A stretch of 59,325 nucleotides of DNA, counting the filler. It is 5 parts of 5 records of this genome, joined end to end, with 100 filler letters (N's around TTAATTAATTAA, not from the genome) between each part and the next. Parts side by side here need not be neighbours in the genome. Positions count along the whole stretch, not along the records: positions 1 to 17,616 come from SRR2962707_2515; positions 17,717 to 34,588 come from SRR2962707_2521; 3 more parts are not named here. One strand, 5' to 3'. How positions within the stretch are numbered: position 1 is the stretch's first letter; the number at the start of each line of letters is the position of its first letter. Of the stretch, positions 10,542 to 20,076 are shown piece by piece. Made by a program: the position numbers and the translations under genes. Below the pieces are notes generated by a model. The model did no database searches and was not told the origin of the DNA. It saw only the letters and a list, made by a program, of their open reading frames with translations.

Positions 10542-11135
10542 ATGAGCCTTTTCCTGATTCTGCCCATGTCCGCGTTTGCGTTGGCGGCGTCCATTTCCCC
10601 GGGGCCGGTCAATCTTGTTTGTCTGAGCAGTGGCACCCGCTATCCGGTTTCCCGGGGGCTGATCTTCGTAACCGGGGCAACCTTAGGCTTCATCGCACTG
10701 TTCGTTGCCGTGGGGCTGGGGCTCTATTCGCTGCTGACCATGGTGCCGATGCTGGAGACGTTGTTGCGATGGGGCGGTGTCGCATTCCTGCTTTATCTGA
10801 GTATAAAACTGGCCATGGACAGCGGTCAGCTACCGGAAACAGGTGTTGATAAGGCGCCGGGCTTCGGTACCGGGGCAATCATGCAGTGGCTGAACCCCAA
10901 AGCCTGGCTGGCCTCGGCGTCTGGCATCGGCGCCTATACCAGCGCCAACGACTTGAACCAGATCCTGTTGTTTGCGTCGCTCTACCTGCCGATTTGTTGG
11001 TTGTCCCTGGCGTGCTGGGTGTATGCGGGGGCTTTCCTGCGGCGATACGTGCAGCGGCCTGCGGTGCTGGTGACCATCAACCGGACTTTGGCTTTATTGC
11101 TTGCGATCAGTTGCCTGTATCTGGTGACTGGTTGA
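10542..11135 (+). CDS. LysE/RhtB family exporter
   Basis: SISPGPVN and QWLNPKAW motifs; hydrophobic. Confidence 0.93.
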   Translation: MSLFLILPMSAFALAASISPGPVNLVCLSSGTRYPVSRGLIFVTGATLGFIALFVAVGLGLYSLLTMVPMLETLLRWGGVAFLLYLSIKLAMDSGQLPETGVDKAPGFGTGAIMQWLNPKAWLASASGIGAYTSANDLNQILLFASLYLPICWLSLACWVYAGAFLRRYVQRPAVLVTINRTLALLLAISCLYLVTG

Positions 11136-11972
11136 GGACTGTCGATACTGATTCGGCGTTGCCGCCATCAGCCGTTTGAACGTGCGCTGGAAATGAGGCT
11201 GGTCGGCGAAGCCTGCGTTCAGTGCCGCCTCGGCGATAGGGGTGCCGTTGGCGAGCTCAAGGCGCCCTAGCTGGATGCGGCGGTTGAGAAGATAGGCGTG
11301 GGGCGTAAGCCCGAAATATTGCCGGAACGCCCGGATCAGGTGGCCAGCGCTGTAACCGGAAATTTCACAGAGCGTATCCAGCGATACGTCTTCTGCCATG
11401 TGGTTGTCCAGATAGCGCGCCAACTCAGTCAGGGTATCCGGCGCCTTTGGTTGCTGAATCACCGGTTGCCGGGCCAACTCATGCATCAGGTCTGACAGGA
11501 ACTCCACCACTTCGGTCTGCTTGTCGAGAAGGTCACGCTGAGCATCCAGAAGACACTCTGCCATGCGGCAGTAGCGCTCATACCAGGTGGGCTCCGAGAG
11601 GGTTGCAGTGGCAATGTCCTGCCAGTGTGGGGTGGGCAGCAGCCCGGCCCGAAACCGCAGATCCGTCAGCCATCCGGTATCCACATACAGCATCAGGTAG
11701 GCCCAGGGCTGGTTATCGATGGGATTGCAGGAATGAACCCACTCCGGGTTCATCAGTACCAGATCACCAGCGCGAACATGGAAAAGATCCTCCCGATACT
11801 GATAGGTGCTTTCGCCGCCGGTAATAGCGCCAATGGACCATTGCGTATGGCTGTGAGGGGCATAACAGACTTGGCGTCCGTCGCTGACCTTGCGTAATTC
11901 CACATGGGGCAGTCGGGCATCGCGCCAGAAAATGGGTTTACTCACGGTGGTGTTGGTCATGCCCGCCATCAT
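11094..11972 (-). CDS. AraC family transcriptional regulator
   Basis: YAPHSH cupin; GFADQPHFQRTFKR HTH; 3' end overlaps the convergent LysE gene by 42 nt. Confidence 0.92.
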   Translation of the reverse strand: MMAGMTNTTVSKPIFWRDARLPHVELRKVSDGRQVCYAPHSHTQWSIGAITGGESTYQYREDLFHVRAGDLVLMNPEWVHSCNPIDNQPWAYLMLYVDTGWLTDLRFRAGLLPTPHWQDIATATLSEPTWYERYCRMAECLLDAQRDLLDKQTEVVEFLSDLMHELARQPVIQQPKAPDTLTELARYLDNHMAEDVSLDTLCEISGYSAGHLIRAFRQYFGLTPHAYLLNRRIQLGRLELANGTPIAEAALNAGFADQPHFQRTFKRLMAATPNQYRQSSTSHQIQATDRKQ

Positions 11973-11985
11973 ATCCTCAGTGAGT

Positions 11986-12318
11986 TTACGTGCCCCTGGG
12001 CGCAAACATAATGATGGCCATGCCCGTTAAAGCCACAGCCGTGCCCACCAGATCCCAGACCGTTGGCCGAACGCCATCCACGGCCCATAGCCAAAGAATC
12101 GCCATAAAGATATAAACACCACCATAGGCTGCGTACACCCGGCCAGCCGCCGTCGGGTGCAGCGATAACAACCAGGCGAACGCGGCCAGGCTCAGGGCGC
12201 CGGGGATCAGCAGCCAGATGGTCTTGCCTTCCCGCAGCCACAGATAGGGCAGGTAGCAGCCGACGATCTCGGCCAGGGCGGTCACTAAAAAGAGGCCGAC
12301 GGTTTTCAGTTCTGGCAT
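11986..12318 (-). CDS. ynfA: YnfA (UPF0060) small multidrug-like membrane protein
   Basis: [22 protein letters not shown]. Confidence 0.93.
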   Translation of the reverse strand: MPELKTVGLFLVTALAEIVGCYLPYLWLREGKTIWLLIPGALSLAAFAWLLSLHPTAAGRVYAAYGGVYIFMAILWLWAVDGVRPTVWDLVGTAVALTGMAIIMFAPRGT

Positions 12319-12325
12319 CACGCTG

Positions 12326-12391
12326 CTATTTCCCGTTCAGTATCCAGTCGGCGGCTTTCTCAGCGATCATAAGGGTGGGGGAGATGGTATT
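12326..12391 (-). pseudogene. 3' remnant of a GMC oxidoreductase (choline dehydrogenase-like)
   Basis: Translates [21 protein letters not shown], matching the GMC terminal motif NTNxPTxMIAEKAA; similarity ends just upstream. Confidence 0.8.
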
Positions 12392-12472
12392 CAACCAGAT
12401 GCAGAGTGTTGCTGAGGTTATGGGAAGGGTTGGCCGCCACCGAAAACCCGGTATCGATGGCGGACTGGGTGG

Positions 12473-13099
12473 TTATTGAGCGTCGTACTTCGCTGCGTCC
12501 CTTACGGTTGGATAGCCTTCGATGAATACCCACTCGGTGTTCTTGGCCGGCACATGGCAGCCGAAGCAATTATTGAAGCCTTCGCCTTTCCAGTTGTCGG
12601 TGGTGCTGGTGTTGGGGCTGTCTGTCGTAAACAATGCCCATCCCCAGCCTTCACCCCAGGCGGTGTTGTCGGGGAAGCGGTTGTGACGGTCTCGTACCAT
12701 CACAAACCAGACACCAATGTCCCCGGCCCATTGGGCGTGACCAGTGGTTTTGGGGCCTTCTTCGATGCTCCTGATTTCCTTGACCAGCACTGCACCATCA
12801 GGCCATTTGCCGTCGGCCTGAAATGCCTTGACCGCTGATGGATCGGCATAAACATCATGAACGCCGGGCCCACTGGCCTGATCGTCCTTGCCTACAAACC
12901 AACTGCCGATGTGTACCCAATCCTCACGGAACGATTGTGGCCGGGTAATGTTGCCCTTGGCGTCGACGAAAGGCGAGAACGACTGATTTTTTGACGCCGT
13001 GGCGTCACCGGATGTGCTCTGTTGCTCCGCTGCCGCCCCTGGCGCCCAACTCAGCGCCAGGATAACAATGGTCGCTGCAAGGGAAGTCTTAATTCGCAT
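12473..13099 (-). CDS. Cytochrome P460 family protein, periplasmic
   Basis: Signal peptide, WPDGAVLVKE (cross-link Lys position), WGEGWGWALF, single C-terminal CFGCH heme motif. Confidence 0.88.
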   Translation of the reverse strand: MRIKTSLAATIVILALSWAPGAAAEQQSTSGDATASKNQSFSPFVDAKGNITRPQSFREDWVHIGSWFVGKDDQASGPGVHDVYADPSAVKAFQADGKWPDGAVLVKEIRSIEEGPKTTGHAQWAGDIGVWFVMVRDRHNRFPDNTAWGEGWGWALFTTDSPNTSTTDNWKGEGFNNCFGCHVPAKNTEWVFIEGYPTVRDAAKYDAQ

Positions 13100-13130
13100 G
13101 GTATAGCCTCCGTTTGGTGAATAGAACTGA

Positions 13131-13173
13131 AGGCTATTCCCTATGGGGAAATACGTCTGTCAGATAGCTAACA
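13131..13173 (-). promoter_or_regulatory. Class II Crp/CooA-type site and -10 element for the P460 gene
   Basis: TGTCA-gatagc-TAACA (13158-13173); minus-strand -10 TAGCCT (13136-13131) places the site centre at about -41.5. Confidence 0.7.
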
Positions 13174-13812
13174 CTCATCGAGTCGACGATTGGCAAACGC
13201 CGACAACCTGTCGAGATCAACTACGCAAATGTGTCCACGGGTATAATCCAGCAGCCCTTCCCGACGCAGTTCATTGAGTTCAGCGCTGACCACCGGCCGG
13301 CTGGCACCGATCAATTCGGCCAGCTCTTGCTGGGTCAGTGGCACATCCACCTCGTGCCCATGGGCACAATGGCCGCCAGCCTGGCCTACAAGGTCAAGCA
13401 GTGTCACTGCAACCCGACCGCGCACATCGAGTGTCATGAGGGCGTACAGGCGCCGCTCGGTGATTTCCTGGCGCCGGGCAAGCATCCTGATCACATGGCC
13501 TGCCAATGCAGGTTCGGCATCCATGCTGGCCTGGAAGCGTTCAGCGGTGTAGCGAACAACACGGGTAGCGCCTTTGGCAGATGCGGTCTGGGTCGCGGTT
13601 TCGGTGCTCCCCAGTCCGGCTCCAAGTATTTCTCCGGCCCCGAGCACGGCGGCAATACTGGCGGTGCCAGAGGCCGCGACGTGTTCAAGCTTGAGGTGCC
13701 CGGACTCGACGATGTAAACGCTGTTATCCCATTGACCCTGGTGATAAAGCTGCTCGCCGGAAGCCAATACGATGGTCTGGGTGGCGAGCGGGTGGTCTGC
13801 GGTTGGAGCCAT
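13168..13812 (-). CDS. Crp/Fnr family transcriptional regulator
   Basis: VYIVESGHLKL...GEILG cNMP-like barrel; LTQQELAELIGASRPVVS HTH; CAHGH motif. Confidence 0.9.
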   Translation of the reverse strand: MAPTADHPLATQTIVLASGEQLYHQGQWDNSVYIVESGHLKLEHVAASGTASIAAVLGAGEILGAGLGSTETATQTASAKGATRVVRYTAERFQASMDAEPALAGHVIRMLARRQEITERRLYALMTLDVRGRVAVTLLDLVGQAGGHCAHGHEVDVPLTQQELAELIGASRPVVSAELNELRREGLLDYTRGHICVVDLDRLSAFANRRLDEC

Positions 13813-13814
13813 GG

Positions 13815-14639
13815 TCAGCCATGCTTCCGCTTATACAGCCTGAGTATTCCCCGTACCGTGACATCCAGCTGGCTGCCGGATGTGTAATCGCCCCGTACCA
13901 CGTAGTTGGCCCGCTCTTCGGAGATAAGCTTTTCGATCTTATTCTGGATATTGCCGTCGCCCCATTTGTCACCGTCGAACACCGCAAGACTGCACCCGCC
14001 CTGCGCCTTCACCATTTTCATTGCCGGGATATCGGTGTCACCGTCGCCGAAATAGATCATGTGGTCGAAGGGGACAGGGCGTTCACCGGGTTCGATGTAT
14101 TCGTTAATGGTGACGTTGTCCCAGCTGTTCTCGATGCCCTTGTTGATGCGGAACAGGTACTGGGTTTTAGTGGTGTAGTCGATGGCTACGGCAGGCCATT
14201 TTGCATGCCCGGTGGCCTCATCATAGTGATAACGGCACCCGAAAATTTTCTTGAAATGCTTTGCCACCGGCGTGCCGCGAATCATCTCCTCCAGCCCGCT
14301 GGAGACAATGTAATGGCTCAGGGCAATACCCTGGTCGCTGGCGAAGCGGTTGATGGCGTCAAACCAGTCCACGACCCCGGGGAACAGGGGGATGGACTTT
14401 CCGTAGGCCTGTAGCCTCTCCGGTTTCAGCTCATCCTGCTTGCCCTCATCGCGGGCGCGCTTGGCCAGTTCGCCGAGGTAGGTGAGTATCTCATCGCCGT
14501 CCCGCTCACGGTTCTTGCGATTCACTTCCGGCCAGAAGTCGGAATGCTCGTTCAAACCCAAGGCCGGCATCAGGCCGTGTTCGGCGCAGTTGCCTTTGGC
14601 GAGGGTGCCGTCGAAGTCATAGATCAGAGCGCATTGCAT
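13815..14639 (-). CDS. HAD-like hydrolase
   Basis: IYDFDGTL, IVSSG, KTQYLFRINKG, YFGDGDTDIP. Confidence 0.9.
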   Translation of the reverse strand: MQCALIYDFDGTLAKGNCAEHGLMPALGLNEHSDFWPEVNRKNRERDGDEILTYLGELAKRARDEGKQDELKPERLQAYGKSIPLFPGVVDWFDAINRFASDQGIALSHYIVSSGLEEMIRGTPVAKHFKKIFGCRYHYDEATGHAKWPAVAIDYTTKTQYLFRINKGIENSWDNVTINEYIEPGERPVPFDHMIYFGDGDTDIPAMKMVKAQGGCSLAVFDGDKWGDGNIQNKIEKLISEERANYVVRGDYTSGSQLDVTVRGILRLYKRKHG

Positions 14640-14682
14640 TGTCTTTTTGCCTTCTTCCCATGGATGACATCAGCGTAGCCGG

Positions 14683-15642
14683 TTATCGCAAACGACGCCC
14701 GGCCAGGCGATTTTTCTGGGCGCGGACGGCCTCTGTCAGAAAATCCATCAGCGCATGAATCCTCACCACGCCTCGCAGGTCCGGATGCATCAGAAACCAC
14801 AGGCCGTATTCCAGCTCTGGAATGGGGTCGGTGAGTTGAACGATGTCCGGGTCCTCGTCCGCGAGATAGCAGGGCATCACGGCCAGCCCCATGCGGGAGC
14901 GAATGGCGCTGAGGATGCTCACCAGGGTATCTACACGGTAAACACAGGCCTGCTTCAGCGCGTGGTTATCCATCCACTGGTCCACGGAAGAATCCTGAAG
15001 CCTCGGCCCGGCGCCAATCCAGGGCTCACTGGCAAGGGCCTCTATGGAGGTTCCCGGCGTCAGGCCGAGGTCTTTGTGAGCATAGACCGCCTGGCCGAGG
15101 GTGGTCAGTGGCCGGCCAATCAGGTTTTCCGGTGGACGGTTGGAGGGGCGTATAGCCACGTCCGCCTCCCGACGTGTGAGATTGAACAACTGATTGGACA
15201 CCGCAACATCCAACACAATGCCTGGGTATTTGTGCCGGAACTGCGTGAACAACGGTGCCAGCACGCCCATCAGCAGAGAGTCCGTTGTGGTGGTCCAGAT
15301 CTCGCCACTGGGCTCCAGGTCACGGCCGGCCACCTTGCGCTCGGCGGCCAGGGCGGCCTCGTCCATGACCTTTGCCGTGTCTGCGAGTTCTTCCCCTGCC
15401 AGTGTTGGCCGATAACCTGTGCGGCCTCTCTCAAAGAGAATCACCCCAAGGCGCTGCTCAACATCGCCCAGCCGCCGGAACACCGTAGCGTGGCTCACGC
15501 CCAACGCCCGCGACGCGCCTGAGAGCGAGCCAGAAGTAGCAATGGCGAGCACCAGCTCAAAGTCATTCCACGCCAGATTGCTCCGTGTTCTCGCGGACGC
15601 AGTGGGCGATTTGTCGGGTTGTTTTCCTGTTCGTTTTTGCAA
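14683..15642 (-). CDS. LysR family transcriptional regulator (start uncertain)
   Basis: WNDF...GSLSGASRALGVSHATVFRR; LTRREADVAIR. Confidence 0.92.
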   Translation of the reverse strand: MQKRTGKQPDKSPTASARTRSNLAWNDFELVLAIATSGSLSGASRALGVSHATVFRRLGDVEQRLGVILFERGRTGYRPTLAGEELADTAKVMDEAALAAERKVAGRDLEPSGEIWTTTTDSLLMGVLAPLFTQFRHKYPGIVLDVAVSNQLFNLTRREADVAIRPSNRPPENLIGRPLTTLGQAVYAHKDLGLTPGTSIEALASEPWIGAGPRLQDSSVDQWMDNHALKQACVYRVDTLVSILSAIRSRMGLAVMPCYLADEDPDIVQLTDPIPELEYGLWFLMHPDLRGVVRIHALMDFLTEAVRAQKNRLAGRRLR

Positions 15643-15760
15643 AGTCTGTTCTCGATTCTAGGGAATAGTTTGCAGTTTAGAACAAGTTTAGCATGTACCT
15701 GAACTCATACGACAACCAGTGCGCTCCGCTAAAAGGTGCGGCGCCAGGGAGGACAGAGAT

Positions 15761-15991
15761 ATGTTGATTTCAGCAGAAAAGACCTACCTTCGCGGCGGCC
15801 ATCCGCTGGCTTTCCGCGAGCATGCAGACCGTAGTGCAAAAGAGTCGCACCGGAGCAGCATACCGCTCAGATATCGCGATGGGATGGGAGGCATCAATCT
15901 TGAGCAAGTGAAGCGGGATCAGCATCGGGCGCGGCGAGACGTCGTGCGGTCGATGATACGGGGCCTGAACCGGATGCGGCGTCTGCACTAA
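15761..15991 (+). CDS. Small basic hypothetical protein (76 aa), divergent from LysR
   Basis: GGAGG RBS before ATG; Arg-rich helical C-terminus INLEQVKRDQHRARRDVVRSMIRGL. Confidence 0.6.
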   Translation: MLISAEKTYLRGGHPLAFREHADRSAKESHRSSIPLRYRDGMGGINLEQVKRDQHRARRDVVRSMIRGLNRMRRLH

Positions 15992-16091
15992 ACCGGGGTG
16001 ATAAAAAACGCTCTGGCTGCGGCATGCCAACCGGTGCTGGTCATTCAGTGTTGCTATAGTGATATAGCAGGCACTGATACCGGAGCGCGAA

Positions 16092-17270
16092 ATGACCCAG
16101 AATATGGAATTGATCGAGCGGATTGAGCGTATGCGCGATCTCAATCCGCTGGATGCCGCTGAAGAGCTGATGCAGTCTCCCGTGGACGATATTCAGTTCA
16201 TCCTTTCGCGGTTGCCTGCGGAACAGGCAAGGATCATTGCTTCACACCTGGGAGATCTGTCAGCGCCGGAAGAAGCGGCGACCCGCGCAGTGCTTTCCGG
16301 CATGGAAGAAACCGTTGGTGAACTGATGACGCCGGTAATAGCAACGCTACCGGCCAGCAATACCGTCGCCGAGGCGCTGACCTTCATGGTAAAAAGCGCT
16401 GACGTTTCCGAAATCAGTTACATTTTCGTGACTGAAAGTGATCGCCTGGTGGGCGTGGTGGGCATGCGGGACCTGATTCTGGCCAAGCCCTCTGATACGT
16501 TGTCCTCCATCATGGTGCTTGAGCCCTTCGCTTTTCAGGAAGACACACCGGTGAAAGAAGCGGTCAGCGAGGTGCTTTACCGACACTACCGCATGTACCC
16601 GGTGGTGGACGAGCAGCAACATGTTGTGGGCGAGGTGCGGGGCTGGAAACTCTACGAACGAATCGCGTCGGAATTGAGTGCCCAGGCTGGCTCCCAATAC
16701 GGTGTGGCGAAGGAGGAACAGATCAACACACCGGTGCTGGCGGCCTTCCGCATGCGCCATCCCTGGCTGCAGGTGAATCTGATCACCGCGTTCGCCGCCG
16801 CCTTTGTGGTCGGCATGTTCGAGAGCACTATTGCCCAGATTGTTGCATTGGCCGCCTTCCTGCCGGTTCTTGCCGGGCAAAGTGGCAACACCGGCTGTCA
16901 GGCGCTGGCGATTACTCTGCGGGGGATCACCCTGGGGCAAATCAATGACTATCCAATCAGGCGATTACTGCGCAAGGAAATTCTGCTGGGCGCGCTCAAT
17001 GGTGCTGCGGTAGGCGTCATTGCCGGCATCGCCATGTTTGCTTACGCCTTGTCCACCGATTCCGCCAACCCAGCCATGCTCGGCCTCGTTATCTTCATTG
17101 CCATGGTCGGCGCCTGCATGGGCAGCGGGATCTTCGGGGTAGCGGTGCCATTGATGCTGAAACGCTTCGGTGCCGACCCGGCTACCGCCAGCAGTATCTT
17201 TCTGACGACCTTTACCGACATTATCGGTATGGGCCTGATGCTGTTCCTTGCAACCTCGTTGGTGCTGTAA
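16092..17270 (+). CDS. mgtE: MgtE-like magnesium transporter (CBS pair plus membrane domain)
   Basis: CBS repeats, RHPWLQVNL, GQSGNTGCQ, DPATASSIFLTTFTD. Confidence 0.88.
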   Translation: MTQNMELIERIERMRDLNPLDAAEELMQSPVDDIQFILSRLPAEQARIIASHLGDLSAPEEAATRAVLSGMEETVGELMTPVIATLPASNTVAEALTFMVKSADVSEISYIFVTESDRLVGVVGMRDLILAKPSDTLSSIMVLEPFAFQEDTPVKEAVSEVLYRHYRMYPVVDEQQHVVGEVRGWKLYERIASELSAQAGSQYGVAKEEQINTPVLAAFRMRHPWLQVNLITAFAAAFVVGMFESTIAQIVALAAFLPVLAGQSGNTGCQALAITLRGITLGQINDYPIRRLLRKEILLGALNGAAVGVIAGIAMFAYALSTDSANPAMLGLVIFIAMVGACMGSGIFGVAVPLMLKRFGADPATASSIFLTTFTDIIGMGLMLFLATSLVL

Positions 17271-17384
17271 CCACGTTGCCTGAGAACAGGCTCACTTTTC
17301 ATCACTACGCGGGTTCTTTGAAGAGTCCCTTTCAAGCGGGAAAAGCACGCCAGCTTCATGTTTACGGATGCCGTATTTCATGAA

Positions 17385-17615
17385 CTAGCGGAGTTGACTA
17401 TCCTTGCTGCCACGGCGATTGATACCACCATGAGACGTTTCGTGTTTTTCAAGACTAGACTGACACGCAACGCAAAGCCGAACCCCGGGTATCGCCTTGC
17501 GGCGGGCTTCCGGAATTGGGCTGTCACACTCGTCACAATGGGTGGCGCTTTCGCCGCGCGCTAACTGGCTGCGTGCGCGTTGCACCTCATCCTCAACGCT
17601 CGCGTCGATCTGATC
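17385..17615 (-). CDS. ybiI: DksA/TraR C4 zinc-finger protein, YbiI-like (5' truncated by gap)
   Basis: DQIDASVEDEV...CDECDSPIPEARRKAIPGVRLCVACQ...INRRGSKDSQLR. Confidence 0.9.
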   Translation of the reverse strand, partial: DQIDASVEDEVQRARSQLARGESATHCDECDSPIPEARRKAIPGVRLCVACQSSLEKHETSHGGINRRGSKDSQLR

Positions 17616-17616
17616 C

Positions 17617-17716
17617 NNNNNNNNNNNNNNNNNNNNNNNNNNNNNNNNNNNNNNNNNNNNTTAATTAATTAANNNNNNNNNNNNNNNNNNNNNNNNNNNN
17701 NNNNNNNNNNNNNNNN
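17617..17716. other. Artificial contig spacer
   Basis: N-run, TTAATTAATTAA (17661-17672, stops in all frames), N-run. Confidence 0.98.
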
Positions 17717-17717
17717 T

Positions 17718-18539
17718 ATTCCATCAGGCGCAAACAAGGGCATTTTCCTGCTTGCACCACTGATCTCCTCAGCGCTCGCGCTGGCTGGTTGGGCTGTTAT
17801 TCCAATTGCGGACGGCTGGGCCATTGCTTCTATCAATGTCGGCATTTTGTTCGTCTTCGCTATATCTTCGCTTGAAGTTTATGGCGTCATCATGGCCGGC
17901 TGGGCATCAAACTCGAAATATCCATTCCTTGGCGCTTTGCGTTCTGCCGCGCAGATGGTTTCTTACGAAGTTTCTATCGGCTTTGTGATCGTGACTGTGC
18001 TTTTGTGCGTTGGCTCGCTCAACATGACAGACATCGTTCTGGCGCAAAAAGACGGCCTTGGCACACATTATGGCCTGATCAATTCCGCGCTTGATTGGCA
18101 CTGGGTTGGTTTGTTCCCAATGTTCGTAATTTTCTTCATCTCTGCATTGGCTGAGACGAACCGTCCACCATTTGACTTGGTTGAAGCTGAATCTGAGTTG
18201 GTTGCCGGTCATATGATCGAATATTCATCAACGCCATATTTGCTCTTCATGCTTGGCGAATATATCGCGATCCTATTGATGTGTGCGTTGACTGTGATCC
18301 TGTTCATGGGTGGGTGGTTGCCACCGATCGATATCGCGCCATTTAATTGGCTGCCGGGCGTATTCTGGTTTATTTTCAAAATTTGCATGGTCTTCTTCAT
18401 GTTCGCTATGGTGAAAACAATCGTGCCGCGCTACCGCTACGACCAATTGATGCGTCTTGGCTGGAAAGTTTTCTTGCCGATTTCATTGTTCATGGTTGTG
18501 GCTACTGCCTCATTCTTGAAAATCACAGGTTGGGCATAG
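17718..18539 (+). CDS. nuoH: NADH-quinone oxidoreductase subunit H (5' truncated)
   Basis: [48 protein letters not shown]. Confidence 0.97.
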   Translation: MPSGANKGIFLLAPLISSALALAGWAVIPIADGWAIASINVGILFVFAISSLEVYGVIMAGWASNSKYPFLGALRSAAQMVSYEVSIGFVIVTVLLCVGSLNMTDIVLAQKDGLGTHYGLINSALDWHWVGLFPMFVIFFISALAETNRPPFDLVEAESELVAGHMIEYSSTPYLLFMLGEYIAILLMCALTVILFMGGWLPPIDIAPFNWLPGVFWFIFKICMVFFMFAMVKTIVPRYRYDQLMRLGWKVFLPISLFMVVATASFLKITGWA

Positions 18540-18548
18540 GGGATAGTC

Positions 18549-19040
18549 ATGGGCAATATCGCACAAGCAGCAAAATCACTTCTCCTTCTCGAATTCATCC
18601 ATGCCTTTGGCTTGGCGATGAAGCGTTTCTTTGCGCCAAAAGCAACACTGAACTACCCGCATGAGAAGGGCCGTTTAAGCCCACGCTTTCGCGGTGAGCA
18701 CGCGCTGCGCCGTTATCCAAATGGTGAAGAGCGCTGTATCGCATGTAAATTGTGTGAGGCGATCTGCCCTGCGCAGGCCATTACGATTGAAGCTGGTCCA
18801 CGCCGCAATGACGGCACACGCCGCACCATCCGCTACGACATTGATATGGTGAAATGCATCTATTGCGGCTTTTGCCAAGAAGCATGTCCAGTTGATGCCA
18901 TCGTTGAAGGCCCTAATTTTGAGTTCGCCACGGAAACCCGTGAAGAGCTTTATTATGACAAAGACAAACTACTCGCTAATGGCGATCGGTGGGAACGGGA
19001 ACTTGCCCGTAACATCGAACTCGACTCGCCATATCGTTGA
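18549..19040 (+). CDS. nuoI: NADH-quinone oxidoreductase subunit I
   Basis: Two CxxCxxCxxxCP motifs; [13 protein letters not shown]. Confidence 0.98.
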   Translation: MGNIAQAAKSLLLLEFIHAFGLAMKRFFAPKATLNYPHEKGRLSPRFRGEHALRRYPNGEERCIACKLCEAICPAQAITIEAGPRRNDGTRRTIRYDIDMVKCIYCGFCQEACPVDAIVEGPNFEFATETREELYYDKDKLLANGDRWERELARNIELDSPYR

Positions 19041-19128
19041 TTTTAAACCGATGTTTCAGGGGCAAACTTGAAACATCAATAACCTAAGCTGATTAATCAG
19101 CTGGTTAAGAAGGAACTCGAGGAAACCG

Positions 19129-19755
19129 ATGTTGTTGACAGGACTGGGCGCGGCCTTTTTCTATCTGTTCGCATTTGTTGCTATCGCCGCTGCGGTGATG
19201 GTGATTTCTGCGCGCAATCCGGTGCACTCTGTGCTGTACCTTATTCTTACTTTCTTCAACGCTGCTGCGCTGTTCATTTTGACCGGTGCTGAATTCCTCG
19301 GCATGATTTTGCTGGTTGTTTATATCGGCGCTGTTGCTGTTCTCTTCCTCTTCGTTGTGATGATGTTGGACGTTGATTTTGCATCGATGAAACGCGGCGC
19401 GCTTGATTATGCACCCATTGGCGCAATGGTCGGCATCGTGATGGCAGCGGAATTGCTGATTGTGCTTGGTGGTAAATTTATCGGCGTGGGCGAGGCAGTT
19501 GTTGGTTCAATGCCAATTCCTGATCCCCTGACACGCACCAATACGCAGGCAATCGGCGACGTGCTTTACACAGACTATGTCTTCTACTTCCAAATCGCCG
19601 GTCTGGTTCTGCTGGTCGCGATGATTGGTGCAATCGTGCTGACGCTGCGTCCTACGCGCCCTGGTGTGAAACGCCAGAACATGAGCGAGCAGGTTGCCCG
19701 TAAAGTAAAAGATTCAATCGAAGTTGTTGAAGTCGAAACAGGCAAAGGGCTCTAA
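19129..19755 (+). CDS. nuoJ: NADH-quinone oxidoreductase subunit J
   Basis: [24 protein letters not shown]; operon order. Confidence 0.97.
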   Translation: MLLTGLGAAFFYLFAFVAIAAAVMVISARNPVHSVLYLILTFFNAAALFILTGAEFLGMILLVVYIGAVAVLFLFVVMMLDVDFASMKRGALDYAPIGAMVGIVMAAELLIVLGGKFIGVGEAVVGSMPIPDPLTRTNTQAIGDVLYTDYVFYFQIAGLVLLVAMIGAIVLTLRPTRPGVKRQNMSEQVARKVKDSIEVVEVETGKGL

Positions 19756-19760
19756 AATCC

Positions 19761-20069
19761 ATGACCATTACGATTTCCCATTATTTAGCCGTTTCGGCGC
19801 TGCTCTTTGTGATCGGCGTGTTCGGGATTTTCCTGAACAAAAAGAACGTCATCGTTATTTTGATGTCGGTTGAATTGATCTTGCTTGCCGTGAACCTTAA
19901 CTTCATTGCGTTTTCTGCGCATTTGAATGATTTGGTCGGCCAGATCTTTGCTATTTTCGTGCTGACCGTCGCCGCTGCCGAGGCTGCGATTGGTCTTGCT
20001 ATCCTTGTTGTCTTCTACCGGAACCGCGGTTCCATTGCGGTTGAAGACGTTAATATGATGAAGGGCTGA
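19761..20069 (+). CDS. nuoK: NADH-quinone oxidoreductase subunit K
   Basis: [23 protein letters not shown]. Confidence 0.97.
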   Translation: MTITISHYLAVSALLFVIGVFGIFLNKKNVIVILMSVELILLAVNLNFIAFSAHLNDLVGQIFAIFVLTVAAAEAAIGLAILVVFYRNRGSIAVEDVNMMKG

Positions 20070-20076
20070 TCGGACC

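Noticed and set aside
17661-17672. TTAATTAATTAA recurring four times
   Set aside because: Synthetic six-frame-stop linker inside N-runs, not a biological repeat or CRISPR.
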